From contig CBDDDZ010000005.1 of the NCBI GenBank assembly GCA_965226795.1, positions 3,008,001 to 3,072,000 on the forward strand: a stretch of 64,000 nucleotides of DNA, given 5' to 3'. Made by a program: the position numbers and the translations under genes. Position 1 is the stretch's first letter. Every line of letters starts with the position of its first letter. A model generated the notes under the pieces. That model was given only the letters and a program-made list of their open reading frames with translations. It made no database searches and was not told the DNA's origin. The DNA comes from Candidatus Latescibacterota bacterium (GTDB taxonomy: Bacteria > Latescibacterota > UBA2968 > GCA-2709665). Shown piece by piece: positions 30,055 through 40,656 of this stretch.

Positions 30055-31477
30055 GTTTCAATCCGCTCCCCCCACCGAAGTGAGGGGAGATCTACCAGTC
30101 AGAGACGCTTTACCAGATGTCATGGGCGTTTCAATCCGCTCCCCCCACCGAAGTGAGGGGAGATCTACCACGTCGACATCAGATCGAAAGCTGTTTTCCT
30201 GTTTCAATCCGCTCCCCCCACCGGAGTGAGGGGAGATCGACGTCTCGGAATCGACGCTGTCGACCTCATACGTGTTTCAATCCGCTCCCCCCACCGGAGT
30301 GAGGGGAGATGTACCCAGTCCCACGCTGTCGTCAGCCACCCTATGTTTCAATCCGCTCCCCCCACCGGAGTGAGGGGAGATGTTGTTTTTGCAGGGCCAG
30401 GACACCCTTGTTATCATTGTTTCAATCCGCTCCCCCCACCGGAGTGAGGGGAGATTCAGCGCACCCCACGACCCGGTAAAATTTCTTACGAGTTTCAATC
30501 CGCTCCCCCCACCGGAGTGAGGGGAGATCACAGGATGATGCCGCCAGGCGCTTTGTAAGCGACGTTTCAATCCGCTCCCCCCACCGGAGTGAGGGGAGAT
30601 CCTTCGGGGCCGCCGATTTGCCGGCTGCGAGTGTCGGGTTTCAATCCGCTCCCCCCACCGGAGTGAGGGGAGATACAGGAAGGGCCCGGGCAAATTGGCA
30701 GGTGGGCATTGTTTCAATCCGCTCCCCCCACCGGAGTGAGGGGAGATCCCCTGGGCGCACTGGCAACAGCGGCGGTGGCTATAACGTTTCAATCCGCTCC
30801 CCCCACCGGAGTGAGGGGAGATTTGCCGAACAACCAGGGTTCCCCCGATCCCCAACAAGTTTCAATCCGCTCCCCCCACCGGAGTGAGGGGAGATCTATA
30901 CGCAGCATTTTCACGTCAGGATGTGCTTTTGTGTTTCAATCCGCTCCCCCCACCGGAGTGAGGGGAGATGGGCTCCCGTACCGTTTCCCGGCCCGCCGTT
31001 TGGGTTTCAATCCGCTCCCCCCACCGGAGTGATGGGAGATGCAGATTTCGTTACGGGGGCCGGTATCTCTTTCAGGGTTTCAATCCGCTCCCCCCACCGG
31101 AGTGAGGGGAGATCAACATATATATAGCTGTTTGCGCCGGGAACACCGCGTTTCAATCCGCTCCCCCCACCGGAGTGAGGGGAGATCTGCCGGGTCCATG
31201 TTGGGTCGTTTGTCGCTTCCAGCAAGTTTCAATCCGCTCCCCCCACCGGAGTGAGGGGAGATCAGGGACGCCGCGCCTACAAGCGCCACGCCATCAGTTT
31301 CAATCCGCTCCCCCCACCGGAGTGAGGGGAGATGTTTCGCTACCCCCCAACCCAAGCTCACCCTCTATGGTTTCAATCCGCTCCCCCCACCGGAGTGAGG
31401 GGAGATAAGTGTCTACAAACGTATTGCGGCGGAGTTCTCTGTTTCAATCCGCTCCCCCCACCGGAGTGAGGGGAGAT
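30055..31477 (-). CRISPR. CRISPR array B (type I-C-like): 20 repeats (37 nt), 19 spacers
   Basis: GTTTCAATCCGCTCCCCCCACCGGAGTGAGGGGAGAT on +; strong hairpin; variant repeats at the 30055 end. Confidence 0.98.
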
Positions 31478-31657
31478 GCTGGTTGCTTCAACCAGCATAA
31501 AAACAATATCTTATACAATATGATGCGCGATTCTATCAAAAAGACAAGTAGAATTCCTGACCCACCCGTCCACGAACTCGCCAACCGGTTGTCAGACAAA
31601 CGGTTTCCCTTTGCGCGAACAGAGCGGCAGATTTCCGTTACTTGACGTTCGCGCAAG
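31478..31657 (-). promoter_or_regulatory. Leader of array B
   Basis: Non-coding, partly AT-rich segment between the cas2 stop and the first repeat. Confidence 0.75.
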
Positions 31658-31738
31658 CTACAGGACAAGCGGACCTGACAGGTCCACGGGTACACTAATT
31701 CCGTGATGCTCGGTCTCCTTTCCGGTGTCTTCATCTAG
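31658..31738 (-). pseudogene. cas2: cas2 3' fragment
   Basis: LDEDTGKETEHHGISVPVDLSGPLVL*; rejoins the 5' part in frame when the IS and one CTAG are removed. Confidence 0.85.
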
Positions 31739-33435
31739 CCTGAAAAATTCACAAAAAAGGTAGTTTCCTTACCCAAGTCATTGTATTATATTGTGGTTAC
31801 GCAAATAACCATAACACAATGAAACAGGAGGAAACTACCGTGGGAGTTCAAGATACACATCACAGGGTGTCTTTCGCAAGTCTTTCTGGTAAGCCGGTAG
31901 AAGCCACCTTCGACGGAGGCATCCTGACCAGCGACAGCGGGGTGATGCTGCTTCGTGAGGTGGAGGCCAGAACCGGGATTTTGCATAGGATGGTTGCGGC
32001 GCTCACGGATCGTCGACATCAAAGTTACGTACATCATCAGATGATGGATCTGGTCAAACAACGTGTGTTTCAGATGGCCTGTGGATATGAGGACGCGAAC
32101 GATTGCAATACGTTGCGCGAGGATCCCGGCTTCAAGGCGGCCTGTGATCGGTTGCCGCTTTCCGGTGCGGATCTGGCCAGTCAACCCACGATGAGTCGGT
32201 TCGAGAACCGGATCAGCAGAACCGATTTGTATCGGATCGCCAAGGCCTTTGCGGATGTGTTTGTCGCCTCGTATGAGGAACCGCCCGAAGCCATTCTGTT
32301 GGATATCGATGACACGGAAGACAAGGTGTATGGGTCTCAACAGTTGTCGTTGTTCAATGCGTATTTCAATGGCTATTGCTACCAGCCCCTGCATATCTAT
32401 GAAGGCCAGACGGGCAAGTTGATCACGACGGTCTTGCGTCCTGGCAGGCGGCCCACGGGTAAAGAGATCGTCACCATTCTCAAACGGGTGATCGCCTACC
32501 TGCGCCGCGCCTGGCCCGACGTGGCGATCCTGTTGCGCGGCGATGCTCATTTTTCGTGTCCGGAAGTGCACGCGTTGTGTGAAGACCAGAATGTGTATTT
32601 TGTCCTCGGACAAAACGGCAACGCCAAACTGCTGCGCTCGGCACAGTCCTTGATAGACCAGGCCAAAACGCTGTATGCCGCTTCGGGAAAACCCGTGCGC
32701 CTTTATCGCTGTTGGGACTATCAGGCGAAAACCTGGGCTTGTCCACAACGCATCATCTGCAAGGCGGAAGTCACCCCGCAAGGAGACAATATCCGATTCG
32801 TGGTCACCAACCTAAAGCGCGCCCAACCGTCATTCATCTACAAAACCGCCTATTGCGCACGCGGCAGGATGGAAAACTTCATCAAGAATCACAAGACCTT
32901 TCTCCATTCCGATCGCACCTCTTGTCACATCTTCCAGGCCAATCACTTCCGTCTCTTTCTCCACAGCGCCGCCTATGTCCTGATGCACGCCTTGGCACAA
33001 ACCGGGTTGCGCGGCACGAAGTGGACGAACGCACAGTTCAATACCCTGCAAAACCGTCTCTTGAAAGTCGCCGGGCGCGTTTGTGAGTTGAAAACAAAAA
33101 TCAGGTTCCATCTGCCAACGGCGTTTCCACTCAAACACCTTTATCGCAAGATCCTCTACAACCTGGCAACGTGTGTTCCATAACGCATCGTCGAGCTGAC
33201 CGCGCCTTCACGTTTGGACCGACACGACCAACAGCCACGGAGACGTCTGTGCTCTTGACAGCGGAATTCAGAGCAAGCTGACGCCACGGAGCAAACGTGC
33301 TGCCAGCAGGCGCCGCCGACACGGCCGGGACACGCCAAATCCGTCTCAGCCCGTGCTCTTTCGTTTCTCGTCTCACTCGGAAGCTCTTTCTGCTTCCTCA
33401 TACTGCATTCCGTGACGATTCATGAATAGGTCAGG
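31739..33435 (+). mobile_element. IS1380-family insertion sequence, 1697 bp, CTAG target duplication
   Basis: Ends CCTGAAAAATTCAC / reverse complement CCTGACCTATTCAT; CTAG at 31735-31738 and 33436-33439. Confidence 0.9.
31819..33183 (+). CDS. IS1380-family DDE transposase
   Basis: FDGGILTSDSG, GYEDANDC, LASQPTMSRFEN, LDIDDT, LRGDAHF, YCARGRMENFIK. Confidence 0.92.
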   Translation: MKQEETTVGVQDTHHRVSFASLSGKPVEATFDGGILTSDSGVMLLREVEARTGILHRMVAALTDRRHQSYVHHQMMDLVKQRVFQMACGYEDANDCNTLREDPGFKAACDRLPLSGADLASQPTMSRFENRISRTDLYRIAKAFADVFVASYEEPPEAILLDIDDTEDKVYGSQQLSLFNAYFNGYCYQPLHIYEGQTGKLITTVLRPGRRPTGKEIVTILKRVIAYLRRAWPDVAILLRGDAHFSCPEVHALCEDQNVYFVLGQNGNAKLLRSAQSLIDQAKTLYAASGKPVRLYRCWDYQAKTWACPQRIICKAEVTPQGDNIRFVVTNLKRAQPSFIYKTAYCARGRMENFIKNHKTFLHSDRTSCHIFQANHFRLFLHSAAYVLMHALAQTGLRGTKWTNAQFNTLQNRLLKVAGRVCELKTKIRFHLPTAFPLKHLYRKILYNLATCVP

Positions 33436-33646
33436 CTAGATGATAGATTCGTAGCGAGTCGTGTTCAAAATCGATTTCCCTCAACAGACGATTCCGGAGC
33501 ACCGCCCATTCCGTTTTTCCAACCTGGCATTCAAACAGCGATTTTTGTACTCGAACTCCATAATCCTTGCAGGCCCTCGCCACGCGGCGGAGTCGTTTTT
33601 GTCCGGCCCGGTCAATCGTCGAGACGTCGTACGCGATCAGTTTCAA
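33436..33646 (-). pseudogene. cas2: cas2 5' fragment (IS-interrupted)
   Basis: LIAYDVST...RLRRVARACKDYGVRVQKSLFEC...DSLRIY; probable TTG start at 33646 with GAGGAG RBS. Confidence 0.9.
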
Positions 33647-33684
33647 TCCGCTCTCCTCAAACAGCAAAAAGTGGACACACTGTA

Positions 33685-34746
33685 TTACTTTGGTATGTAC
33701 GGAATATAGTCGGGAATATCGCCGCGAAGATACCGCGCGAGCAACCGGGCTTGAATGCTGAACACCTGTCCCAGACGGACATTTTCCTTGAAAAGGACGT
33801 GCTTTATCTCCGTCTGCTTGCGCCGCTGCCAGGCCTGAATCACTTCCCTCCTGCCACGGTCGGTAAATTCCACGGCGCCGCCGTCTCGCTCGCGAAAGTG
33901 CCCTGGCTCAATCTGTCGCCGATTGATCAGAGTCAACGCCAGGCGCTCCGCCAAACAGGGCCGGAATTCTTCCATCAGATCCAATGCGCACGCCGGTCTT
34001 CCAGCCCGCGTGGCGTGGAGCCATCCGACGAATGGATCCAATCCGGCGGTCGTTAACGCCGCCAAACAGTCGTGGCGTACCAGTGCGTAAATGAACGACA
34101 GCAGACAGTTCACGCGGTCACGAGGAGGACGGCGCGAGCGATTTATGAACCTGAAGTCGTCCCGCTGTTGTTTGAGCATATACTGGAAGGCCGAGAAATA
34201 GACCCTGGCACCGAGACCCTCCATTCCCCTGATGGGGTCAATCGCTTCCCGAAGCCCACATTCTCGGGGCACAGGTTCGGCATTTCCGAGTTGCTGGATC
34301 AGGCGGGCCAATTTACTGGCCGCTCCCGCCAATTCCGCGCGATCCGAATCCGTATCAGCCTCCCGGCCGGACCGCTGCAAATTGGTGCGAGAGTTCTGCA
34401 ATTTCCCAGCAACGAACTGACGGGCAATCCGGGATGCTTCCTCCGGATTGTCCGCCGCCGCGTACTGTGCTCGACGCAACAGATAGCGGGTGTCCCCGCT
34501 GCCCAGAACCTGCGCCAACAGGTACCCATTCTCCGTATGGAAATGAATCGCCACCTGGTGTCGCCAGCATAAGGCCATTGCGGGAGGCGTAACTACGACC
34601 CTTCCGAATGCGCAGATGCTCTCCAGGTGGTGAATAGGCACAGTCAATCGGGTTTGTTTTTCGATCTCGACCCGAAGCGTCAGATGATCCCTGTGTACTA
34701 CGGTGCCAGAGGTCGTCAGATAAAGGGTGTTCTGAATAATGGCCAT
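33685..34746 (-). CDS. cas1: Type I-C Cas1
   Basis: NTLYLTT, VPIHHLESI, RGMEG, RSRRPPRDRVNCLLSFIY, GLDPFVGWLH, ALDLMEEFRP. Confidence 0.96.
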   Translation of the reverse strand: MAIIQNTLYLTTSGTVVHRDHLTLRVEIEKQTRLTVPIHHLESICAFGRVVVTPPAMALCWRHQVAIHFHTENGYLLAQVLGSGDTRYLLRRAQYAAADNPEEASRIARQFVAGKLQNSRTNLQRSGREADTDSDRAELAGAASKLARLIQQLGNAEPVPRECGLREAIDPIRGMEGLGARVYFSAFQYMLKQQRDDFRFINRSRRPPRDRVNCLLSFIYALVRHDCLAALTTAGLDPFVGWLHATRAGRPACALDLMEEFRPCLAERLALTLINRRQIEPGHFRERDGGAVEFTDRGRREVIQAWQRRKQTEIKHVLFKENVRLGQVFSIQARLLARYLRGDIPDYIPYIPK

Positions 34747-34788
34747 GATTTGCGACTGAGCCCCTCGGCCCGCAACAGCCGGGCGAAT

Positions 34789-35427
34789 TTAGCCGGTAGT
34801 GTCGAACACCTCCCGAGCCGCCTGCGCGAGAATGGGCGGAGCGCTGGTAATTTCAGGTAGGCAATAGTCAAACAGCGAGCACTCTGTACATTGAGGTTTA
34901 TAGACGGCCCGTGGGACTTCGTTTTCCTCGATCAGCCGGTGCACGGCCTGAATTGCCTCTACCGTGAGCCGACGCAGGTCCCCTGTGAATTCGACCTCCC
35001 GCCGTCGCTTGCTCCGGGCGTGGAAGATAGCCCCTCGTGGGACCTCGAGCCCAAACATCTCTTCCAAGCACAAAGCTTGCGCGCACAGCTGCGCGTCGTC
35101 GTTATCAAATTTGCGGCGTTTGCCCTTTTTATATTCAACTGGAACCAACGAATCATCGGGATGCCGCTCGACATTATCGCACCTGCCGTTGAGCCCGAGA
35201 CGATCCGACCAGACGGGCAAGGCGCGCAATAGAGTCACGCCCTTGACGGTCTCGTAGCCAGAATCGTCGGTCTGTTCGTGCACTCTATCACCGACCACAG
35301 TGTGCTCATTGGTCCCGCGCCACCCATCAACTGCCTTCAGTGCGGCCCGGCGCTGGCAATAGAGGAAGTCGTTGATAAGTGAGAGAGGGATAGGATCAGG
35401 TGTATTCATAGGTTGGTGTCTATTCAT
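34789..35427 (-). CDS. cas4: Cas4
   Basis: YCQRRA, GRCDNVE, PVEYKKG, QLCAQALCLEEM, CTECSLFDYC. Confidence 0.94.
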   Translation of the reverse strand: MNRHQPMNTPDPIPLSLINDFLYCQRRAALKAVDGWRGTNEHTVVGDRVHEQTDDSGYETVKGVTLLRALPVWSDRLGLNGRCDNVERHPDDSLVPVEYKKGKRRKFDNDDAQLCAQALCLEEMFGLEVPRGAIFHARSKRRREVEFTGDLRRLTVEAIQAVHRLIEENEVPRAVYKPQCTECSLFDYCLPEITSAPPILAQAAREVFDTTG

Positions 35428-37658
35428 ACTATGTACCCCGTTTCGCCGCCATCTACAAGCGGGAGCACTCCCGCCATAAATCCTAAGAAAGGATCGTACC
35501 CAAGTTCCCACGCGAATAGTCCAGGCATGTGGTCGAACTCGCGCAGTGCCCATTCGCTGGCCCTTGATCCATAGACCTGTACGCTTCCATTCTGAAGCTC
35601 TTGGCTTGGAAGCCGTTGGCCTGATTCGATCATTTCTCTGAGGGATTCATCAACCACGGCTGTCAGTGTTGGCGAGTTAATGACGCGGAACAATTCGGCA
35701 ACTTTCGGAAAATTCAGTGCGCATTCGGCCTTGAGTAGTTCATCTTTCTTCAGCCGCGAACGACGAATCTCACGTCGCAGTGCCTCGGTGCAGGAGCTCA
35801 CACTGACTCGCCTTTCATTGAACAGTTCTCCCAATACGATCGATGAATGCTCGAATGTTGGATGAGGCCGAAGCCACGAGTCATAGACCAGTTGAACGTC
35901 CCAAACGTCGGCAGACTCGTACTCGCTTCCACGGTTTACCCGGCCAGCGATTTGCAAGAGGCTATTCAAGCAAGCGCGTTCGCGGATACCCGTCCGAAAC
36001 GAAAAATCAACGCCAGCCTCAACGCAGGAAGTTGCCACGAGCGTCCAATCCTGATCGTCATTGTTTCTGAGGCGCTTAATGACTCGATTCAGAGTGCTCG
36101 CACGGTCAGTCGGAGTGAGTGCAGTTGATAGGTGTTCAACTTGAGGATGACTCGATTGCCAGTTGTCTCGGCTCTCCCAGTCGGCAAGCTGTCGTGCAAT
36201 GACGGCTGCCGATTGCACAGTATTCACAATGAGTAGCCGCGGACCCGGGAGTTGAAGGAGCCATGGCTCCAGCGTCGTCAGACTCATGGGCTTCGAATGA
36301 GATTGATAGGTGACACGCGTTGCCTCAAGGTCCAAGCTTTCGTCCCGGACGTGCACGTTCACCAGATCAGGTACAGTCGGGGGCAAATCGACGAATTCCG
36401 GAAGCTCCCAGAAACGGCTCAGCGACCCCGATCCGACAACGAAATGGCAGCCCCAATCAGTCTTCAATTCTTGCATCCACTTCCATGCGATCGGCCACAA
36501 ATGTGCTGGTAGAGCGGCATGAGCCTCGTCGATGAAGATTGCGGAGCCAGCTACTTGATGGAGCTTTCGTAGCGCTCCAGTGCGACAGGCAGCGAGAGTT
36601 TCAAAGAACTGAACGGCAGTCGTAACAACAATGGGATTGTTCCACAAGTAGGTCAGATGTCGAGCCGCGAGGCTGCCAAATTCCGCCCGGTGATGGTGGG
36701 CTGCGACAATGCGGTCAGGAGACTCGTCCATCCTAACGAGGGACTTTCGATAGACCCGCACCGATTGGTCAATGATATTGGTGTACGGCAGGACGACAAA
36801 GACTCGCCGTAGTTTCCGCGTAGTCGCTACCTTCAGCAGGTGCGCCATGATTGCCGTTGTCTTCCCGGACCCAACGGGAGAATCGCAGGCCAACACTGAT
36901 TCACTTGACGGATCAGCGTTGCGGCAAGCGCGATAAACGTCCTGTCTCAGCTGCGTCCGCTCGTCTTCTTTGTCCCCGGCCAACCCAGCGACGTATCGAT
37001 CCAGAAGTTCGAGCCGTGCGGCCGGATCAAGTTTCGGACTCGTAACGGAAAAGGCTTGACCATAATTACGTGCCGTATCAAAATGATCAGCGTCAACAAG
37101 ACAAGACAGCGCCAAACGGAGCAATATCGACATATCGCTCCGGCGTTGCGTGTTTGAGTACGTCGATTGTCCTATGCTCTCGATGGTTGAGAGGTGTAAA
37201 CGTAGATATCCTTCTAGGTGTCCATCCGTGTGGTCTTTCGTTATGCGCCCAGATTCATCAGACTCCAGATCACGGAAGGGTAATCCGGCATCTCGCGTTC
37301 GGTGTTCGGTGATATCCGGTAGACCACGGTGGTGCGAGAAGACGAGAATTGCAGCCAGTTGTGCAGCCAGCTGAGGAGGGGTCTTTAGCAGATGTGCGAC
37401 CCCCGAATCAACATGATTCACCGGCAGACGACCACTGCCACCGACTGAAAGGATAGCTTGATTCTCCGGTTCAAGTTTCCCGATGTCGTGAAACTCGGCT
37501 GCCAACCGAACGGCCAGCTTGAGCAATCGACGATCGGTCGCGTCGGCAGTCAGCCCACCAGCATGCCGAACTGCTGACGCAATGACGTTCTCAATGTGTT
37601 CGGCATACGGCTGAGCGGGAATCTCATTCTCTGGTTGCGGACTGTGCGCAAGCAACAT
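35424..37658 (-). CDS. cas3: Cas3 (HD nuclease plus SF2 helicase)
   Basis: FHDIGK, SHHRGL, LVDADH, GSGKTT, DEAH, QIAGRVNR. Confidence 0.95.
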   Translation of the reverse strand: MLLAHSPQPENEIPAQPYAEHIENVIASAVRHAGGLTADATDRRLLKLAVRLAAEFHDIGKLEPENQAILSVGGSGRLPVNHVDSGVAHLLKTPPQLAAQLAAILVFSHHRGLPDITEHRTRDAGLPFRDLESDESGRITKDHTDGHLEGYLRLHLSTIESIGQSTYSNTQRRSDMSILLRLALSCLVDADHFDTARNYGQAFSVTSPKLDPAARLELLDRYVAGLAGDKEDERTQLRQDVYRACRNADPSSESVLACDSPVGSGKTTAIMAHLLKVATTRKLRRVFVVLPYTNIIDQSVRVYRKSLVRMDESPDRIVAAHHHRAEFGSLAARHLTYLWNNPIVVTTAVQFFETLAACRTGALRKLHQVAGSAIFIDEAHAALPAHLWPIAWKWMQELKTDWGCHFVVGSGSLSRFWELPEFVDLPPTVPDLVNVHVRDESLDLEATRVTYQSHSKPMSLTTLEPWLLQLPGPRLLIVNTVQSAAVIARQLADWESRDNWQSSHPQVEHLSTALTPTDRASTLNRVIKRLRNNDDQDWTLVATSCVEAGVDFSFRTGIRERACLNSLLQIAGRVNRGSEYESADVWDVQLVYDSWLRPHPTFEHSSIVLGELFNERRVSVSSCTEALRREIRRSRLKKDELLKAECALNFPKVAELFRVINSPTLTAVVDESLREMIESGQRLPSQELQNGSVQVYGSRASEWALREFDHMPGLFAWELGYDPFLGFMAGVLPLVDGGETGYIV

Positions 37659-38515
37659 TATTCCACCATCAAATCCCGAACTTCCGTGACACGAGCGGCC
37701 AATGTGTCCGGTAACTGCGTTGGCGCGGTGTAATCGGACCAAGCGTCTGAGGGTGAATCGTGATCGCCATTCTTGTTTGGTGTCAATGCCTCGATAATCG
37801 CGAAATCGGAGCACGATCCTAGCACTGATTTATGTTCAACCACCCAAGCGTGCCGTAGATCGACAAGCGGTCGGGCATGAGACCGAGTATGTGCGTAGGC
37901 GTGTGGGATGACTTTAAACAACAAGCTGATATCTTGCTGCGTGCAACCCGATTTGTGGGCCATGGAGGGATTCACAAAGAACGGCATACAATAGACGCCA
38001 TGTGGCACAAAACGATACCCCATCGGTGCCATGCCGCGGTCTTTGCCTTCTTGCACCCCGGCCTTGTTTGTGTTGGTGTGGCGACTGATTTCGATCGGGG
38101 CCACACTCAGTCCAAGGCCGAATTGTACGACACCCGTCTTGATTGTGTCAGCAGCTCCTTCCTCCAAGAAAGTATTGCCGAACACTCGACCATCCCAGTA
38201 TTTGTCTTGGAATGACCCGTTTTTCAATTCTTCTTCAATCTGCTTACGGTTCCGTCCACGAGACTCAAGGATCATGAATTTTTTGTCGCTCAGGCTCATT
38301 TCCGTCTGCATCACTTGCCAAACAGGCCCATCCTTTGCATCGATCAAATCGCGCACTTTGCGTTTGAACGAAACGGGAGAAATCTCCCCGTGACCATCAG
38401 GACGCTGCCGAGGATCGCTTTCGCGGTCTGGGTCCCCATTGGGATTGGAATTGACGACTTCAATTATCAGAAGTCCCGTAAATCGTTTCACGCCGTTGGC
38501 AGTAGTATCTGTCAT
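37658..38515 (-). CDS. cas7: Cas7 (Csd2-like)
   Basis: NSNPNGDPD, SPVSFKRKVRD, WDGRVFG, TGVVQFG. Confidence 0.92.
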   Translation of the reverse strand: MTDTTANGVKRFTGLLIIEVVNSNPNGDPDRESDPRQRPDGHGEISPVSFKRKVRDLIDAKDGPVWQVMQTEMSLSDKKFMILESRGRNRKQIEEELKNGSFQDKYWDGRVFGNTFLEEGAADTIKTGVVQFGLGLSVAPIEISRHTNTNKAGVQEGKDRGMAPMGYRFVPHGVYCMPFFVNPSMAHKSGCTQQDISLLFKVIPHAYAHTRSHARPLVDLRHAWVVEHKSVLGSCSDFAIIEALTPNKNGDHDSPSDAWSDYTAPTQLPDTLAARVTEVRDLMVE

Positions 38516-40656
38516 TTTTGCTCTCCTTCGTTTAAGGTATTCGACGAAACGTCGTTGGAAGTTTCCTTTTCGGGACGGGCGAGATACCCAAGTAGCATTG
38601 CAACCTTGTCGGTATCCGAACACCGCCTCGGCATCTCCCTTTCAGAAAGTGACGCGCATACGCGACCTATCTCGCCGAGGAAGTACTTGGCAAGACGTAC
38701 TTCCCCGCCACCCTGGACCGTTTGCGCCCAAGCGTGGTAGGGCTTGATGCGCTGCCACAACAGGGCAAGGGCCTTTTCAGGTGTTTCCATCGCACTTTTC
38801 ATTAGGGCGTTGCCAACTAGCTGCGGTGGCACTTGGCCCTTTCGCACCTCATGGCAATACTGTACATGTAGCTGATCGGCCAAACTCAGCAGTCGGCCAA
38901 TCAGATAGGGTGGATTCTTCATATAGATTCCTTTCTTGTAGCCGAGTTTCCCAAGTAGCAATCCGAGAATCTGGGGAAGCATCAAGGCTTGTTTGCCATA
39001 GACCTTACCCATCGGGTGAACCTTCCCCAAGTGGACAGCTTGGCCGATCACCAGCAGTAGCGATAACGAATTACTGGTGATCGCCAGAATAGCCCTCATG
39101 GCCACAGTTTGCAGCACTTGACCGTCTGCCAATAGCAACGTCAAGCCGTCCGCAATCTGGAAATCGAAAGCAGTTTCGGCATGTGTGCCCATTCGCTGCC
39201 AAACCGTGTTTAGACACCAAACCACTTTAGCCGGATAGGGAGTAATAGGGCGCCGCCAAACGGGTTCGTCTCCTTTCTTTCGACCAAATTGACGAATCAT
39301 CACTGGTGGCGAGTTGCGACAAAGCTCTTGCCATTCGTCAGCACTGTCGAGCAAGTGTTGAACGGTATAACGACTACTGTGCAACACCTTGGTCCGGAAG
39401 CCGTCAGGCTTAGTCAGGACAAAGACACGCAGTTCAGCATTGCGTGATGACTCGGGTCGTCCCTTGAGAGCCTTGGTAACGCGACGCGCACATGCCTCAA
39501 AGAGTGAACCGTCAGGATCAGATAGTTCTCCTTCAACACCACAGAGCAATCCCGCCAATTCAGGTGCTTCTACAGGCAATTCGGAGGGATAGGTAATTAG
39601 CATTGCCGACGCACTACCAAGCGAAGAAACATCGCACCACGTTTTGCCGCGTCGTTCGTCTCTGGTGATCCACTCCAAAGCAGTCTTCATTTCGAGCCGT
39701 GCCGGCTGCAAGACATAGAATGACCTAGCGTCGGCCAAACCATACCTCCGCTGACATGGCGACTCGTTGGACATTGCACGTAGTTTTACATTCCCCAGCA
39801 CTGGTATCTTGATTTCCGGAAAGCTGTCATTCATGCCGCCGCCTTCCACTCCGCCAAAGGCATCGGGTGCTATCGCGTGGCCCTGATTCCCTTCCTCGAT
39901 GGTTTCCATAGCTAGCAGGCGATCATTTACCCAAGCCTGAACCTTCGGATGGTTGGCTGGATACGCGAATTGAGATTGATCAACCAATTCCAAGGTGATC
40001 GCTATGTTATTGGGTGTCTTCCCAGAATGAAAGAACAAAACATCCATCCATTCAGCGGCTTCGGATTGTTCGGATCTTATTTCGCGTATCGCGATTTCCT
40101 TCAATCGCTCATGCAAGGCAGCCCCATTCGTCTGCTGGGCACGACGTAGCAATTCCACGAAGGATCGTGATTCATCTGTGCTCTCACCCAACATCGCCGT
40201 CATATTTTGAATGACTGAGGACAGGCACTCATTTAATTTATCCATTGCATCTTTGCTACGTGCTCCTTTGTCAGGTCGAATCCAGCCCGACGTACTAACC
40301 GAAAGCAGATATGCAAGTTCCTTGTCCCGCACTGCTGTTTCTGGAGGCTTCTTCGATCCAAGCGCTTTTCTGAACTTGGCCGCACGTTCCTTTTTTTCTT
40401 CATCTGCAAATTGCAGTAAGGGAGGTACGTTGAACGATGGAAACGAGTAGCCAGCCGCTTTTTCGTATTTCCGCAATTCTGCCCGAATTTGCGGGTCGGC
40501 AATAGGAGAGACTTTAGCGACATGTCCTTGATCGTCGAGTTCGACAAAGAAAGCCTTCCCGCCTCGGGGACATTCCTTAAAATGCCGATGCCAAGAATGA
40601 AGGGCGACACCAGTCCGTTTCAGGCTCTCGGAAAGAAGAAAGACCTCATTCAGCAT
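38512..40656 (-). CDS. cas8c: Large subunit Cas8c/Csd1-like (divergent)
   Basis: Position between cas5 and cas7, 714 aa; C-terminal PYLIGRLL...LLGY. Confidence 0.75.
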   Translation of the reverse strand: MLNEVFLLSESLKRTGVALHSWHRHFKECPRGGKAFFVELDDQGHVAKVSPIADPQIRAELRKYEKAAGYSFPSFNVPPLLQFADEEKKERAAKFRKALGSKKPPETAVRDKELAYLLSVSTSGWIRPDKGARSKDAMDKLNECLSSVIQNMTAMLGESTDESRSFVELLRRAQQTNGAALHERLKEIAIREIRSEQSEAAEWMDVLFFHSGKTPNNIAITLELVDQSQFAYPANHPKVQAWVNDRLLAMETIEEGNQGHAIAPDAFGGVEGGGMNDSFPEIKIPVLGNVKLRAMSNESPCQRRYGLADARSFYVLQPARLEMKTALEWITRDERRGKTWCDVSSLGSASAMLITYPSELPVEAPELAGLLCGVEGELSDPDGSLFEACARRVTKALKGRPESSRNAELRVFVLTKPDGFRTKVLHSSRYTVQHLLDSADEWQELCRNSPPVMIRQFGRKKGDEPVWRRPITPYPAKVVWCLNTVWQRMGTHAETAFDFQIADGLTLLLADGQVLQTVAMRAILAITSNSLSLLLVIGQAVHLGKVHPMGKVYGKQALMLPQILGLLLGKLGYKKGIYMKNPPYLIGRLLSLADQLHVQYCHEVRKGQVPPQLVGNALMKSAMETPEKALALLWQRIKPYHAWAQTVQGGGEVRLAKYFLGEIGRVCASLSEREMPRRCSDTDKVAMLLGYLARPEKETSNDVSSNTLNEGEQK

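Noticed and set aside
23456..31477. Self-targeting or duplicated spacers within the window
   Set aside because: None noticed by eye; an exhaustive comparison could not be run
23239..31734. Many ORFs with PVETLPSEQGLK / FNPCSDGSVSTG / FQSAPPTGVRGD repeats
   Set aside because: Translations of CRISPR repeats, not genes
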